Under the pieces are notes generated by a model. That model ran no database searches and was not told the origin of the DNA. It saw only the letters and a program-made list of their open reading frames with translations. A stretch of DNA of 64,000 bases, from positions 6,947-70,946 of the forward strand of contig JANNVX010000032.1 of the NCBI GenBank assembly GCA_031414595.1, in the 5' to 3' direction. Source of the DNA: Deinococcales bacterium. GTDB lineage: Bacteria; Deinococcota; Deinococci; Deinococcales; JAAFIG01. This document shows positions 44,896-55,411 of the stretch, piece after piece; within the stretch, counting starts at the first letter, position 1; each line of letters begins with the position of its first letter. The position numbers and the translations under genes are program-made.

Positions 44896-45894
44896 TTAGT
44901 CTATAAAGACACCAGCCCGTTGTAACTCGAGCTTGGCTTCTTCGAGTACCTTGGCGTAGCTTTGGGCAAACGGTAGGTTAATTGTCGCCCCAGCCGCCGG
45001 AACATGCCCACCGCCACCGCAGGCAATGGCAATGTTCTGGGCGCTGACCCCGCTTTTAGAACGCAAACTGACTTTGACCGAATCGCCGTAATCCTTAAAT
45101 AAACAAGCCACGACCGTTCCTTCGGCGTTGCGAATGTAATTAACTAAACTTTCGACATCCTCCCAAGAAGCCCCTAAGCGCGTCAGCATTGCCGAATTCA
45201 CAAAAGCCGTGACCATCTTGCCGGACAGCGGAAATTCTATTGTTGAGTAGACCTCGGCTTGGAGTTTATAAAACGAATGCGGTTGAGAAGCCAGGGCTTC
45301 GTTAATTTTAACTAAACTGACCCCGGAAGAAAGTAAATCAGCCGCCGCATGAAGCACCGAAGTATCGGTGTTGCTATTACGAAAAAAACCAGTATCGGTC
45401 AGAATACCTGTCAGCAATGGCTCGCTGATTGTGGGGTTAAGTTCCACGCCAAGCGCCACTACCAAATCTTTAACCATTAAGGCACAAGCGGCTTTATCTG
45501 GACTGACCAAAGCAATTTCGCCAAAACGTGGATTAGAACCATGATGGTCAATGTTAATGATTGGAATACCAGCTTGGTTCATTGGCACACCATCTACCCT
45601 CGAGACCTCGGCGCTGTCCACCACCAAAAGCAGTGCGCCGTCTGGCAGTACCTCGAGTTTGGGGGTCAGTTCATCTGTCCCAGCCATCCATTCTAAGTAA
45701 CGCGGCGGCACACCAACCGGCAGTACCGTCTTGCCGATAGCGGCTAAGGCTCGAGAAGCCCCTAAAACACTGCCAATCGCATCTCCGTCAGGGTCTACAT
45801 GGGCGGCAATCACAATTGTGCCAGTGTGGGATTTAAGTCGCTCGGCAATTGCAACTAATTTTGTCTGATAATTGGGGTCAATCGAATTATTCAT
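44896..45894 (-). CDS. nrnA: DHH-family oligoribonuclease/pAp phosphatase
   Basis: DHH motifs HVDPDGDAIGS and DHHGSN. DHHA1 motif GGGGH. Confidence 0.75.
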   Translation of the reverse strand: MNNSIDPNYQTKLVAIAERLKSHTGTIVIAAHVDPDGDAIGSVLGASRALAAIGKTVLPVGVPPRYLEWMAGTDELTPKLEVLPDGALLLVVDSAEVSRVDGVPMNQAGIPIINIDHHGSNPRFGEIALVSPDKAACALMVKDLVVALGVELNPTISEPLLTGILTDTGFFRNSNTDTSVLHAAADLLSSGVSLVKINEALASQPHSFYKLQAEVYSTIEFPLSGKMVTAFVNSAMLTRLGASWEDVESLVNYIRNAEGTVVACLFKDYGDSVKVSLRSKSGVSAQNIAIACGGGGHVPAAGATINLPFAQSYAKVLEEAKLELQRAGVFID

Positions 45895-46002
45895 GAATTC
45901 CTTTCGTGCAGTAAAACCGCAAACACCACCAGTTTACCCTACAAGCCATCAAAGCGTGAAATTTTTACTAGGCGCAGCTTTCAAAAATGGTAGGCTTAGA
46001 CG

Positions 46003-47445
46003 ATGAAAAAAGTCTTTTTAAGCCTTGCCTTTTGCGTTTGTATTGCCACCCAAGGCTTTGCCAGTCCAGCCGTAGAACTCTTTAACCAAGCCGCCAATTT
46101 TATCGAAACCCAGTATTTTGGACCCAGCACCGTGGCTATTCCAGCCTTATTAGAAAAATACCGCAACGAAGTCGCCCTGGTTTGTTTACGCAGCGCCAAC
46201 CCAGAAGAATGCAGTTATGAAAAAATTGAACCGGTTATTGCCAAGTTATTTGCCGACCTCCAAGACGGACATGCCTATTACTTAAATGCCGAAGCGGTGC
46301 GCCAAGAAAACGCCAATCGCCAAGGACAAGCCATTACGCCACGCCCAGCCCTAGGACTTCGCTTCTCGAGTTTTTGCGATACCCCCAACGGCACATGTGA
46401 GTATGACAGCGAAAATAACTTAAGCAGCCAAATTCTACGCGACCAACTGGTCACTCGAGTCACGATTGGTAGCCCATCCGAAGCAGCCGGGGTTCGCTAC
46501 GGAGACCGTCTGGTGGGCTACAACAACACCCTTTTCTCGAGTTTTGCGACCCTCGCAGAATACCAAAAGTTTCGGGCTGACCTGACTCCAAAAGTCCAAG
46601 CCGGCGAAGACATCACCCTGAACTTGCTACGCGGCGAAAATCGTCAAGCCATTAACATCAAGTACAAAGGCGCACTTTTTAACACCAGCCAAATGCCCGT
46701 CCTCGAGATGCGCCCCGACGGAATTGCGGTTCTGACTGTCCGAGATTATCAGATTCGCGGTGTCGGACAACAGATTCATAATTTAATCCGCCAAGCCGAA
46801 GCTCAAAATGCCAAAGGGATTATTTTTGAACAACGTCAAAATGGCGGCGGCAGTGTCTTTGAAATGATGTTGGCAGTTGGTGCATTTATAGCAAACCCAG
46901 ACCCATTTCGGTTTGTACCACGTTACAACCCCGACAGCAACAGCATTGAATTTGGCTACCAAGCTGGAAATGCCACCGTCCGTTACGGCACTGGTATTTT
47001 ACAAATTGGCTCGAGCGTTAGTGACCCAATTACGACTCGCTTACCAATGGTGACTTTGGTAGATGGTAACTGTGCTTCTGGTTGTGAGTATTTTGCTAAC
47101 TATATCCAGCGCCACCAGCGCGGCGTGGTGATTGGTGCAAAAACAGCTGGGGTCGGCAACAGCAATACGGCTCGTTTTGCCTTAATTAACGGTGGCTCGG
47201 CGGGTATACCAACCCTGCGTGCTTTCTGGCTTGATGGCACTGGATTACCCGCTTTTGCCACTGCCGACCAAAAACTCCCAGAACTCGAGTGGAATTTATT
47301 TAACACCGGACGAGACCAAGCCATGTTACTGGCACTGAACAGCTTAAAACAAAATCCGAGTCTGCAAACTCGAGAAGCACCGATTCCAACAGCCCTACAA
47401 CAAGAAATTTGGCAACGCCAATACCCAAATCAAAGACTCGAATAA
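46003..47445 (+). CDS. S41-family C-terminal processing peptidase (secreted)
   Basis: Signal peptide. PDZ-like GSPSEAAGVRYGDRL. NGGG loop. GNCASGCE catalytic Ser region. Confidence 0.65.
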   Translation: MKKVFLSLAFCVCIATQGFASPAVELFNQAANFIETQYFGPSTVAIPALLEKYRNEVALVCLRSANPEECSYEKIEPVIAKLFADLQDGHAYYLNAEAVRQENANRQGQAITPRPALGLRFSSFCDTPNGTCEYDSENNLSSQILRDQLVTRVTIGSPSEAAGVRYGDRLVGYNNTLFSSFATLAEYQKFRADLTPKVQAGEDITLNLLRGENRQAINIKYKGALFNTSQMPVLEMRPDGIAVLTVRDYQIRGVGQQIHNLIRQAEAQNAKGIIFEQRQNGGGSVFEMMLAVGAFIANPDPFRFVPRYNPDSNSIEFGYQAGNATVRYGTGILQIGSSVSDPITTRLPMVTLVDGNCASGCEYFANYIQRHQRGVVIGAKTAGVGNSNTARFALINGGSAGIPTLRAFWLDGTGLPAFATADQKLPELEWNLFNTGRDQAMLLALNSLKQNPSLQTREAPIPTALQQEIWQRQYPNQRLE

Positions 47446-47480
47446 ATAAAAAAAGGGCGACTAAGAAGCTCGCCCTTAAA
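47446..47480 (-). terminator. hairpin AAGGGCGA...TCGCCCTT with T-tract on the minus strand
   Basis: Lies between the convergent S41 peptidase and substrate-binding-protein genes. Confidence 0.5.
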
Positions 47481-47489
47481 TCACAACAA

Positions 47490-48401
47490 TTACTTCTTGG
47501 CAGCCGCAGCTTGGGCTTCACGAACAATGTCGTAATCGCTGTCTTTAGCGGTCACAAGGTATTCTATACGGTAGAGGTCACGCAGTAATTTGCGGCTTTC
47601 TGGTTTGGAGCGCATGGCAAGCAAGGCATTGGTCACCAGTGTGACGGTATCTTTACAACTGCTTTGGAAGTTACGACGCACCGAAACAGTATCACCGGGG
47701 ATTGGCTTAGAGTATGCCAAAACACGAATTTTAGCTTGTTGGGCTGGGTCGCTTAGGTACTGTGTCCAAGAACCACTTGTGCCTTTGGTGTTGTTAGAAA
47801 AAGTTGCCCCAACATCAACTGTACCGTTCAAGACACTAAAGACCACGGCATCATGTCCACCGGCAAAAACTTGTTTGGCAAATAATTTATCGGCATCGAG
47901 TTTATTAGCAATTAAAGTGGCTTTAGGAAAAGTGTAACCAGCCGCGCTGTTTGGATCTACCCAAGCGATACTCGAGCCTTGAAGGTCTTGGAGGGTACGA
48001 AAACGGCTGTCTGAACGCACAATAAAGGCTGACCAGTAATAAGGACCGCCTTCTCGAGACGATTTTAGTAAGACATTGGCAATGCCTTCTTTGGCTGCGT
48101 CCACATAACCAACTGGGTTTAACCAAGCAAAGTCCAGTTGACCAGAACGCATGGCTTCGATTAAGCCACGGTAATCTTGGGCAACTGTGGCTTTGACTTC
48201 AACACCACGAATTGTTTCCTCGAGATAATTGGCAATCGGTTTAGCACTGGCAAGAACTTTAGTGGCATCTTGGGCGGGGTTAAAGCCCATGCGGATGACT
48301 TTGCAGTTTTCTGCACCTTGTGCCACAGTTGGCAAATTCGAGATAGCTAAGGTGCTAAGGGCGGCGATTGCGCTGGCGACACCAAAAACGATTTTTTTCA
48401 T
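47490..48401 (-). CDS. phosphonate/phosphate-type ABC transporter substrate-binding protein (PhnD-like)
   Basis: Start trimmed to MKKIVFG after GGAGGAAAAT. Signal peptide. PhnD/SsuA family features. Confidence 0.6.
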   Translation of the reverse strand: MKKIVFGVASAIAALSTLAISNLPTVAQGAENCKVIRMGFNPAQDATKVLASAKPIANYLEETIRGVEVKATVAQDYRGLIEAMRSGQLDFAWLNPVGYVDAAKEGIANVLLKSSREGGPYYWSAFIVRSDSRFRTLQDLQGSSIAWVDPNSAAGYTFPKATLIANKLDADKLFAKQVFAGGHDAVVFSVLNGTVDVGATFSNNTKGTSGSWTQYLSDPAQQAKIRVLAYSKPIPGDTVSVRRNFQSSCKDTVTLVTNALLAMRSKPESRKLLRDLYRIEYLVTAKDSDYDIVREAQAAAAKK

Positions 48402-48667
48402 ATTTTCCTCCAAAAAAGCTCGGCAACCAACAGACTTGGTTGCTACTAGGAGCAGACTATACAATTTTTACTCGAGCCATGCCGATAATTAGACTCGAGT
48501 CTATTTCATAATCCCTAACATCACCATTACTAAAACGGCAATTCCACCAAGCGTATTGACAACCGCCACGATTCGCATAAAGTTGCGCTGTATGGGCGGC
48601 ACCTTAGGTAGCACCGAAAAATAAAACATTCCAAAGCCTAAGAGTGCCACACCAAGAATCAGCGAAG

Positions 48668-49177
48668 TCATGTGCAGGGTCCACGCTCGGCGAGTTCATA
48701 GAAACCCTTGTTGTCGCCGTCGGTTATCAGTTCCTTGGCTTTACCGCCGGTCAAACCAGCCGCTTCATTGGCAGCCCAATTCATAAATTCACGGTTAAAG
48801 CCACTGTAACCACGGATAATTTTGCCATCCATACCAATTAAATAAATAGTTGGCAAAAACTTTGCGCCATACAACCCAGCCACAGCACAATTGTCGTGAG
48901 CCACTGGCATTTTTAAGTACAAGTTCTCGCCTTCGCCGACATACGTTTTGGTTTCCTCGAGCCGCCCTTCGGACAGCACCCAAACGGGGACACTTGGCGC
49001 AATTTCTGCCCAACGACGTAAGTACCCCACAACCAAGCGACTGGCGTTGATGACTGGATGGGCAAAAACCAACAAGACGGGAGCTTTGGATAGAGCTGCA
49101 CTTAAATCTAGGGTAACGCCGTTCAAATCGGTGGTGGTAAAATGCGGGGCAACTGTTCCCGCTTCAAGTATTTGCAT
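48668..49177 (-). CDS. redoxin (AhpC/TSA)-fold protein lacking active-site cysteines
   Basis: Start trimmed to MQILEAG after AAAGGAGA. Thioredoxin-fold pattern APHF...VLLVF, but HPVINAS replaces the CxxC position. Confidence 0.45.
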   Translation of the reverse strand: MQILEAGTVAPHFTTTDLNGVTLDLSAALSKAPVLLVFAHPVINASRLVVGYLRRWAEIAPSVPVWVLSEGRLEETKTYVGEGENLYLKMPVAHDNCAVAGLYGAKFLPTIYLIGMDGKIIRGYSGFNREFMNWAANEAAGLTGGKAKELITDGDNKGFYELAERGPCT

Positions 49178-49229
49178 AATCATTCTCCTTTTAGCAAGCG
49201 GTATTGTAACAGGCAAACGCAGGGCAATT

Positions 49230-50399
49230 TTACTTGGTTGGTGGGGCGCTCTGAATGGCTTTAACCACCGTTCCGGGGTACTGAGCGGTTTTGTACTGCA
49301 AGACATAATAATCGGCGGTTTGCCTGTCGCCATTGGCATTTAAGCGAATCCTTCCCGTCACTCCATCCCACTCGAGGGCGCGAACGGTACTGGCAACCTC
49401 GGCTCGAGATGGCAGTTTTTTGTTTTTCTCAAAAAGCTGGGCAACCGCTTCTAAAATCATATTGCTGGCATCAAAAGCATAGGGCGAATAGGTTTCTGGT
49501 GGACTTTGAAAAGCAGTTGTATAACGCTGCACAAAACCCTTGACATCACGTCCGCGTAAACCCAAAACAGGTCCCGCCGTAGAGGTAAAATAGACACCTT
49601 TAGCGGCTGCGCCCGCTAAACCAACAAAATTAGAATTGTCCAAACCATCTGGTCCAACAAATGCGGCTCGAGCTTGACTTAAAACTAGATTCTTGACCAA
49701 ATCTGCCCCTTGAACCTCTGTGCCGCCATAATAAATTACTTCGGGGTTATAGAGTTTAATCTGTTGGGTCACAGCCGCCAGTGCAGCTGTGCTGAGTTTA
49801 CCTTTGGGATTAGTGATAAACCCCACCACCGCTAAACCAATTGCCTTTGCTCGTTTTTGAAATGCCTGAGCGATTCCTAAACCGTAAGCATCGCCATCGT
49901 TAATCACCAAAACCCGACGGGCTTTTAAGGAACTGCGAATAAACTCGGCAGCCACAGGACCTTGCACATCATCACGCCCACAAACTCGGTTGACAAAACT
50001 TAAACCTTGGTCGGTGACTAAGGGATTGGTATTTGAAGGCGAAACCAGTACCAAATTAGCACTTTTATAAATCGGTAATGCCTCGAGGGTCACACCACTG
50101 TTCATATGACCGACCAGACCTAAAACACGGCTATCAATCACAATTTTACGCGCCACCAACACCCCTGTGGCTGGCAGGGCTTGGTCATCCAAAGCCAGTA
50201 ACTCGAGTTTAAGCCCGAGTTTTGTAAACCGAGACTGCGCCTCCAAGACCGCTAACTGCGCCCCATTGCGAACCGTAGTACCAGTGTTGGCTTGTTCACC
50301 AGAAAGCGGCGCAGCCACCGCCAAGCGCACCACTGGCACGGACTGCCCCAAAGCTGAGGTGATCAGCGCCAGCCCCACCAATCCAAAAAACCATTTCAT
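49230..50399 (-). CDS. ABC transporter substrate-binding protein (branched-chain amino acid, LivJ-like)
   Basis: Signal peptide. Periplasmic-binding type I fold signature. 389 aa. Confidence 0.7.
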   Translation of the reverse strand: MKWFFGLVGLALITSALGQSVPVVRLAVAAPLSGEQANTGTTVRNGAQLAVLEAQSRFTKLGLKLELLALDDQALPATGVLVARKIVIDSRVLGLVGHMNSGVTLEALPIYKSANLVLVSPSNTNPLVTDQGLSFVNRVCGRDDVQGPVAAEFIRSSLKARRVLVINDGDAYGLGIAQAFQKRAKAIGLAVVGFITNPKGKLSTAALAAVTQQIKLYNPEVIYYGGTEVQGADLVKNLVLSQARAAFVGPDGLDNSNFVGLAGAAAKGVYFTSTAGPVLGLRGRDVKGFVQRYTTAFQSPPETYSPYAFDASNMILEAVAQLFEKNKKLPSRAEVASTVRALEWDGVTGRIRLNANGDRQTADYYVLQYKTAQYPGTVVKAIQSAPPTK

Positions 50400-50431
50400 T
50401 CTAGGCAGTATAGCAAAGCGTAAGATAAAGC

Positions 50432-51322
50432 GTGGCTGTCTTTATTGTTAATAAACCCCTAGGCTGGACTTCATTTGATGTGGTCGCTAAAGCCAGAAAA
50501 TTACTCAGTACAAAACGCATCGGGCATACAGGAACACTCGACCCACTGGCGACGGGTGTGCTGGTGCTATTAACCGATGAAAGCACCAAACTTGTGCCGT
50601 ACTTAGAGATTGCCGACAAGGACTATTTGGCGTTTATCAGTTTAGGCGCAAGTACCCCAACGCTCGATGCCGAAGGACCAATTCTCGAGACTATGCCTGT
50701 CGAAAACATATCCCCTTGGAGAGTAGAAGAAGTTCTTGAAAAATTTACAGGTAAACAAATGCAGCTTCCTCCAAATTACAGTGCTATTCATATTAACGGA
50801 CAACGGGCTTATGACCTTGCAAGGGCTGGAAAAGAAGTCAAACTCGAGCTTAGAGAAGTGAATATTAAGCGCTTGATACTGCTTGGTTCAATGGATTCAA
50901 TGCAGGAAGCTCACCGTTATTCTGATTCACAATTTCCGACTCAACTAGGTGAACTTCTAACCCTTACGCTCGAGATTAGCGTTTCGAGCGGTACATACAT
51001 CCGCAGTTTAGCCCGTGACCTCGGTGTTGCCCTTGGTACAGCGGCGCATTTGGGCGGTTTGGTACGCACCCGAGTTGGCAAGTTTAACTTAAGCCAAGCC
51101 ATTGCCCTCGAGCAACTAGAACCCAGCCTAGGACTACCCGACTTAAGCGCCCTTGAGTACCCTGTCATCGAACTTAGCGCCAAAGAAGCCCGAGACCTCA
51201 AAGACGGCAAACGCATCCCAAACCCAAACCTAGGGCGCTATACCGTCACTTTTGACGATAAGCTGATTGCCATCGCCGAAGCCGACGGCTCGAGCCTAAA
51301 AGCCCTGCGCGTTTGGCAGTGA
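50432..51322 (+). CDS. truB: tRNA pseudouridine(55) synthase
   Basis: GHTGTLDPLATGVL catalytic motif. PUA-less 296-aa form. Confidence 0.85.
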   Translation: MAVFIVNKPLGWTSFDVVAKARKLLSTKRIGHTGTLDPLATGVLVLLTDESTKLVPYLEIADKDYLAFISLGASTPTLDAEGPILETMPVENISPWRVEEVLEKFTGKQMQLPPNYSAIHINGQRAYDLARAGKEVKLELREVNIKRLILLGSMDSMQEAHRYSDSQFPTQLGELLTLTLEISVSSGTYIRSLARDLGVALGTAAHLGGLVRTRVGKFNLSQAIALEQLEPSLGLPDLSALEYPVIELSAKEARDLKDGKRIPNPNLGRYTVTFDDKLIAIAEADGSSLKALRVWQ

Positions 51323-51368
51323 GAAGGCGAAGGGCAAAGGGCAAAGGGCGAAAGTAAAAACCTTTGCC
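51323..51368. terminator. hairpin/repeat GAAGGGCAAAGGGCAAAGGGCGAAAG...CCTTTGCC
   Basis: Lies between convergent truB and the HD-GYP gene. Related to the repeat at 42990-43015. Confidence 0.4.
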
Positions 51369-52612
51369 TATTTCGTATCATTGCGAGCAATTAACTCAGC
51401 GATGATATTGCGGTCAATCTCACCACTGAGATTGATTTGCAGCACCGCTTCAGAAACCTTTTGATCGGACATGGCTTCAATAAAAAGCGGCACAAGTTCG
51501 GGGTCAAAATGTGTGCCAATGTCTTTTTTGAGAATTTCAAAAGTGGCTTCCCAAGACTTGGGGGTGCTGTAGGGGCGGGCGGTGGTCATGGCATCAAAAG
51601 CATCGGAAATACCAACCATTCGGGCTAATAACGGAATATCCGTGCCAGATAAGCCATCAGGGTAGCCGCGTCCATCCCAGCGTTCATGGTGCGAACGGAT
51701 TGAAGAGAGAATCCCTTCAAAACCCTTGGTGTTATTGCGAAGTAGCTTTTCGCCAATGACGGTGTGCTGCTCGAGAATGGTGCGTTCTTCTTGGGTCAGT
51801 TGTCCAGTTTTATGGAGATACACATCTCGAATACCAATTTTACCGATGTCATGGACAAAACCAGCAAATAACGCCCGCTCGAGGTCAGCAGTATCCCAAT
51901 TTAATTTCTCGGCGAGTTTACGGGTGTACAAGCCCACCCTGTCCGAATGACCAGCCGTGTACTCATCCCGAGCTTCAAGGGTATTGAGCATCATTTTGAC
52001 CAAATTGACATAATTTTCGTGTTCTTGTTGGATACTTCGGGCTAAAGTAACAGCCACACCTGCTTGCGCCGCAAAGCCATTTAAGATGCTCGAGTCGGAT
52101 TCAGTAAAGGCGCGTTGGGTGAATTGCGTATCGACATACAAGACCCCAATCACATCATCCCGCGCTCGAAGCGGCACTGCCAAGACACTGCGAATATCCA
52201 GTGCCAGAATGCTTTCTGAGGCACTATGCCCCATGTCTTCTTGGACATTGGTGGTGATGATGCTCTGTTTGGTGGTCACAACCCGTTCCAAGAGCGTCCT
52301 CGAGACTTGCACCTCATCGTGTGAATCTTTAGAACAACTGTCCACCACTTGCACCGAACCATGCTCGACTAAGGCAAGCGCTCCTCGGTCTGCCTGCATT
52401 AAACGCACTGCTTCGGTCAGCATGTCCTGAAAAAGCGTAATCACATCGAAACTATCACGCACCCCAGATAATTTCATGCCTAAGCTCTGAAAAGCAGTCA
52501 GCGCACTGCGCTCCGCCTCGAGTTCACGCACAATGGTACGCACCCGCCCGCCAACTTGTGGCGGAAGCAAAGACGAAATTTGAGAAAGTTGCTCGAGAGG
52601 ACTGGCAGGCAC
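51368..52612 (-). CDS. GAF + HD-GYP domain c-di-GMP phosphodiesterase-type protein
   Basis: HDIGKI and HHERWDGRGYPDGL motifs. N-terminal GAF-like domain. Confidence 0.75.
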   Translation of the reverse strand: MPASPLEQLSQISSLLPPQVGGRVRTIVRELEAERSALTAFQSLGMKLSGVRDSFDVITLFQDMLTEAVRLMQADRGALALVEHGSVQVVDSCSKDSHDEVQVSRTLLERVVTTKQSIITTNVQEDMGHSASESILALDIRSVLAVPLRARDDVIGVLYVDTQFTQRAFTESDSSILNGFAAQAGVAVTLARSIQQEHENYVNLVKMMLNTLEARDEYTAGHSDRVGLYTRKLAEKLNWDTADLERALFAGFVHDIGKIGIRDVYLHKTGQLTQEERTILEQHTVIGEKLLRNNTKGFEGILSSIRSHHERWDGRGYPDGLSGTDIPLLARMVGISDAFDAMTTARPYSTPKSWEATFEILKKDIGTHFDPELVPLFIEAMSDQKVSEAVLQINLSGEIDRNIIAELIARNDTK

Positions 52613-52775
52613 AATCCTAGTTTACTCGAGAATTGGAATTAAATGGGCGAATTTGCACACAGTTGCTTGAACCACAATAAAAAAGCCCGAGCGCTTAGGC
52701 TCGAGCTTTTTAGATATTCACAAAATTTTTAATCAACTCGAGAAAAAATGGCTACCTCGAGACTCCTAGCCCTTA

Positions 52776-54797
52776 CTATCCGCCAACATGAATCATCGGG
52801 CGGCGTTTGGCATCTGGTTCGCTACGGCGCAGGATTTCTCGGGTAATCGGGGCAGTGTCGCCTTCACCAAATAGCACATAACGCATCAGGTGACGCAACG
52901 GATTACCGTCCGACCAAGTGAAATAACAATGCGGTTGCAAATGCGTTTCGTCGCGGATGTACAGCAAAAACGCAGCTATCGCGTTTGGTACGGCTGGGGC
53001 TTTGACCCGCATGATGCGGTACTTGCCGCAATCGCCGCTCAGTTCTACGCCCCGAATCCGCAGCACATCTTCAAAGTCGGAAGCATCGGAAATTTCGACC
53101 TCGAGAAAGACCACAGGTTCGCGTTCTTCGATGTGGTGGTCTTCGCGTTGGCGCAGTTCTTTGTCGTAGTATTCGGCTTCTGCCCCTGTTTGTTTACGGT
53201 TAGCAATAATCCGCAATTCGCCGTGGGCAAGGTCATCAATAAATTTTTGGGCGGTGGCATCAAGTTCAATTTTGGTGGCACGTAACTCGAGACTGCGAAA
53301 TGTCCTCGAGAGCAAGCTAACCAGCACAATCCCCGCGATAAAAATACCCGCGATTCGTAAGCCGTCGGGTCGGTCAATGATGTTGGTAATCGTCGCAAAG
53401 AGCATGATTGCGGTAATAATTGCAAACATGATGGTTGAACCAACCTGCCCTTTTTTACGCGCCGATAAGGTCACCGCAATGGCAGCACTCGAGAACAACG
53501 CCAGCACACCTGTGGCATACGCGCCAGCTTGAGCGGTCACATCGGCATTAAAGGCGATGGTCACAATCGCACTGATGACCGTAAATAAAATAACCAGTGG
53601 TCGGTTGGCTCGCGCCCAGTCTGGTGCCATACCGTAGCGTGGTAAGTAACGCGGCACAAGGTTTAAGAGGGCTGCCACAGCACTAGCGCCAGCGAACCAA
53701 AGAATCAGAATTGTACTGATGTCATAAAGTGTGCCAAAGCCGTCGCCTAGAAATTTATGGGCTAAGTAGGCAAGGGCGCGTCCGTATGCCTCTCCGCCTT
53801 TTTGAAATTCTTCGGCTGGAATAATTAAAGTCGTAATAATACTTGAAGCCATCAGATAAACACTCATGATTAACGCAGCAACAGTCAAGAGTTTTTTGGC
53901 ATTGCGGATTCGCCCAAGTGGTTTTTTGGGGTTATCATTGGCGTTTCCTTTGACCAATGGAATCACTGCTACACCTGTTTCAAATCCGGATAACCCAAGG
54001 GCTAATTGTGGAAACAGTAAAAATGATGCTGCAAACAATGCCACGGGATTATCCACCCGTAAACTAATCAGGTTTTGCCAATCTGGAAGGTAATTGGGAT
54101 GGGTAAAAATTTCATAAACTGATCGAAAAATAACCACCGCGTTTAAGCCCAAAAAGACAATCACCAAGACCACAGCAATGCCAATCGCTTCCGAAAAACC
54201 CTTTAAGAAGACTGCGCCGAGCAGAAAAATTAGCACCAGTGTGATAATCACGGCTTTACCTTCAACATACTGATGAACAAACGGGTTCTCGATGATGTGC
54301 GCCGCCGCATCCGAAGCCGACAAGGTAATCGTGATGATAAACCCAGTCATGGCAAATCCAAGCAACACCAAAACCGTTAATTTTCCTGCCCACCAAGCCA
54401 GCAACGACTCGAGCATAGACAAACTGCCCTGCCCATGCGGACTTTCAGCAGCCACTCGGCGGTACATTGGCAATGCCCCAAAGAGTGTCACCAAGACCAA
54501 AATCAGGGTTGCAAACGGTGACAATGCACCAGCCGCCAACGCCGCCAACGCTGGTTGATAACCGAGTGAGGAGAAGTAATCCACACCCGTCAAACACATG
54601 ACTTTCCACCAAGGCTGGGTATGGTGCTGTGCCGCCACCTCGGATTCGGATTCAAATGCCCCTTCGGGTTCTTTTGCACCCTCGAGCAACCACTCTTTTA
54701 AGCCGTGTGGATGTTCGCTGTGTGCCGCCGTAGAATCAATTTTTTGTTCGCTCATTTTGCTCCCGTCGCCAAAAGGCAACAGGCTATTGTACGCCAT
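52776..54797 (-). CDS. APC-superfamily amino-acid permease with ~200-aa C-terminal cytoplasmic domain
   Basis: ~12 TM helices. The hydrophilic C-terminal region has no recognised motif. Confidence 0.55.
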   Translation of the reverse strand: MAYNSLLPFGDGSKMSEQKIDSTAAHSEHPHGLKEWLLEGAKEPEGAFESESEVAAQHHTQPWWKVMCLTGVDYFSSLGYQPALAALAAGALSPFATLILVLVTLFGALPMYRRVAAESPHGQGSLSMLESLLAWWAGKLTVLVLLGFAMTGFIITITLSASDAAAHIIENPFVHQYVEGKAVIITLVLIFLLGAVFLKGFSEAIGIAVVLVIVFLGLNAVVIFRSVYEIFTHPNYLPDWQNLISLRVDNPVALFAASFLLFPQLALGLSGFETGVAVIPLVKGNANDNPKKPLGRIRNAKKLLTVAALIMSVYLMASSIITTLIIPAEEFQKGGEAYGRALAYLAHKFLGDGFGTLYDISTILILWFAGASAVAALLNLVPRYLPRYGMAPDWARANRPLVILFTVISAIVTIAFNADVTAQAGAYATGVLALFSSAAIAVTLSARKKGQVGSTIMFAIITAIMLFATITNIIDRPDGLRIAGIFIAGIVLVSLLSRTFRSLELRATKIELDATAQKFIDDLAHGELRIIANRKQTGAEAEYYDKELRQREDHHIEEREPVVFLEVEISDASDFEDVLRIRGVELSGDCGKYRIMRVKAPAVPNAIAAFLLYIRDETHLQPHCYFTWSDGNPLRHLMRYVLFGEGDTAPITREILRRSEPDAKRRPMIHVGG

Positions 54798-54841
54798 AAA
54801 GCCTAGGAAAGTTCCAGATTGTTAGACTAAGCTGTTGTCCC

Positions 54842-55405
54842 TCATACAGTATCGGGATTGGTACGAACTCCAGTATCGGAATTGGTACGAACTCCAGTAT
54901 CGGGATTGGGACGAACTCCAGTATCGGGATTAAACACCGATTCGGTTAAGCACTCAGCCATAAAAGTCTCGAGCAGAGTCAGCATGGCACGGGCGGGTTG
55001 TTCACCACCCAATTTTTCTAAGACTCGAGCCAAGGCAAGTCGGCGGTTCAAAACCAGACGTTCGACCAATTCTCTGCCTTTGCTGGTTAATCGCACCCGA
55101 ATGGTACGGGCATCTCCGTTGTCTCGGTGTCGTTCTGCCAGAAAACGCTCGGTCAGTCTATCCACAGCTTTGGTGGCGGCTGGGTAAGAAATATGTAAGC
55201 CAGTGGCAATTTGTCCAACTGGAAACCCAGCATCGTCTTTGTTTAATCCCGCCAAAAAACGCAGGGTACGCAATTGGGCGGTGCTGACTTCATCGCTTTC
55301 ACCTAAAATCTGCTCGAGTAAACGGCGTTCAAAAACCTCTTCGATAATTTCGGGCAATTGGGCTAAAGCGCGTTCAAGTTCGGCAAGGGTGTCAATTTCG
55401 GGCAT
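54842..55405 (-). CDS. MarR-family transcriptional regulator with C-terminal PDTGVRT(N) repeats
   Basis: wHTH region (LTSKGRELVERL). The C-terminus is encoded by 24-bp tandem repeats. Confidence 0.65.
   Translation of the reverse strand: MPEIDTLAELERALAQLPEIIEEVFERRLLEQILGESDEVSTAQLRTLRFLAGLNKDDAGFPVGQIATGLHISYPAATKAVDRLTERFLAERHRDNGDARTIRVRLTSKGRELVERLVLNRRLALARVLEKLGGEQPARAMLTLLETFMAECLTESVFNPDTGVRPNPDTGVRTNSDTGVRTNPDTV
54847..54933. repeat. tandem repeat 24 bp x ~3.6 (CAGTATCGGGATTGGTACGAACTC)
   Basis: Three near-identical units plus a partial one. They code for the MarR C-terminal octapeptide repeats. Confidence 0.65.
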
Positions 55406-55411
55406 AAGGAT

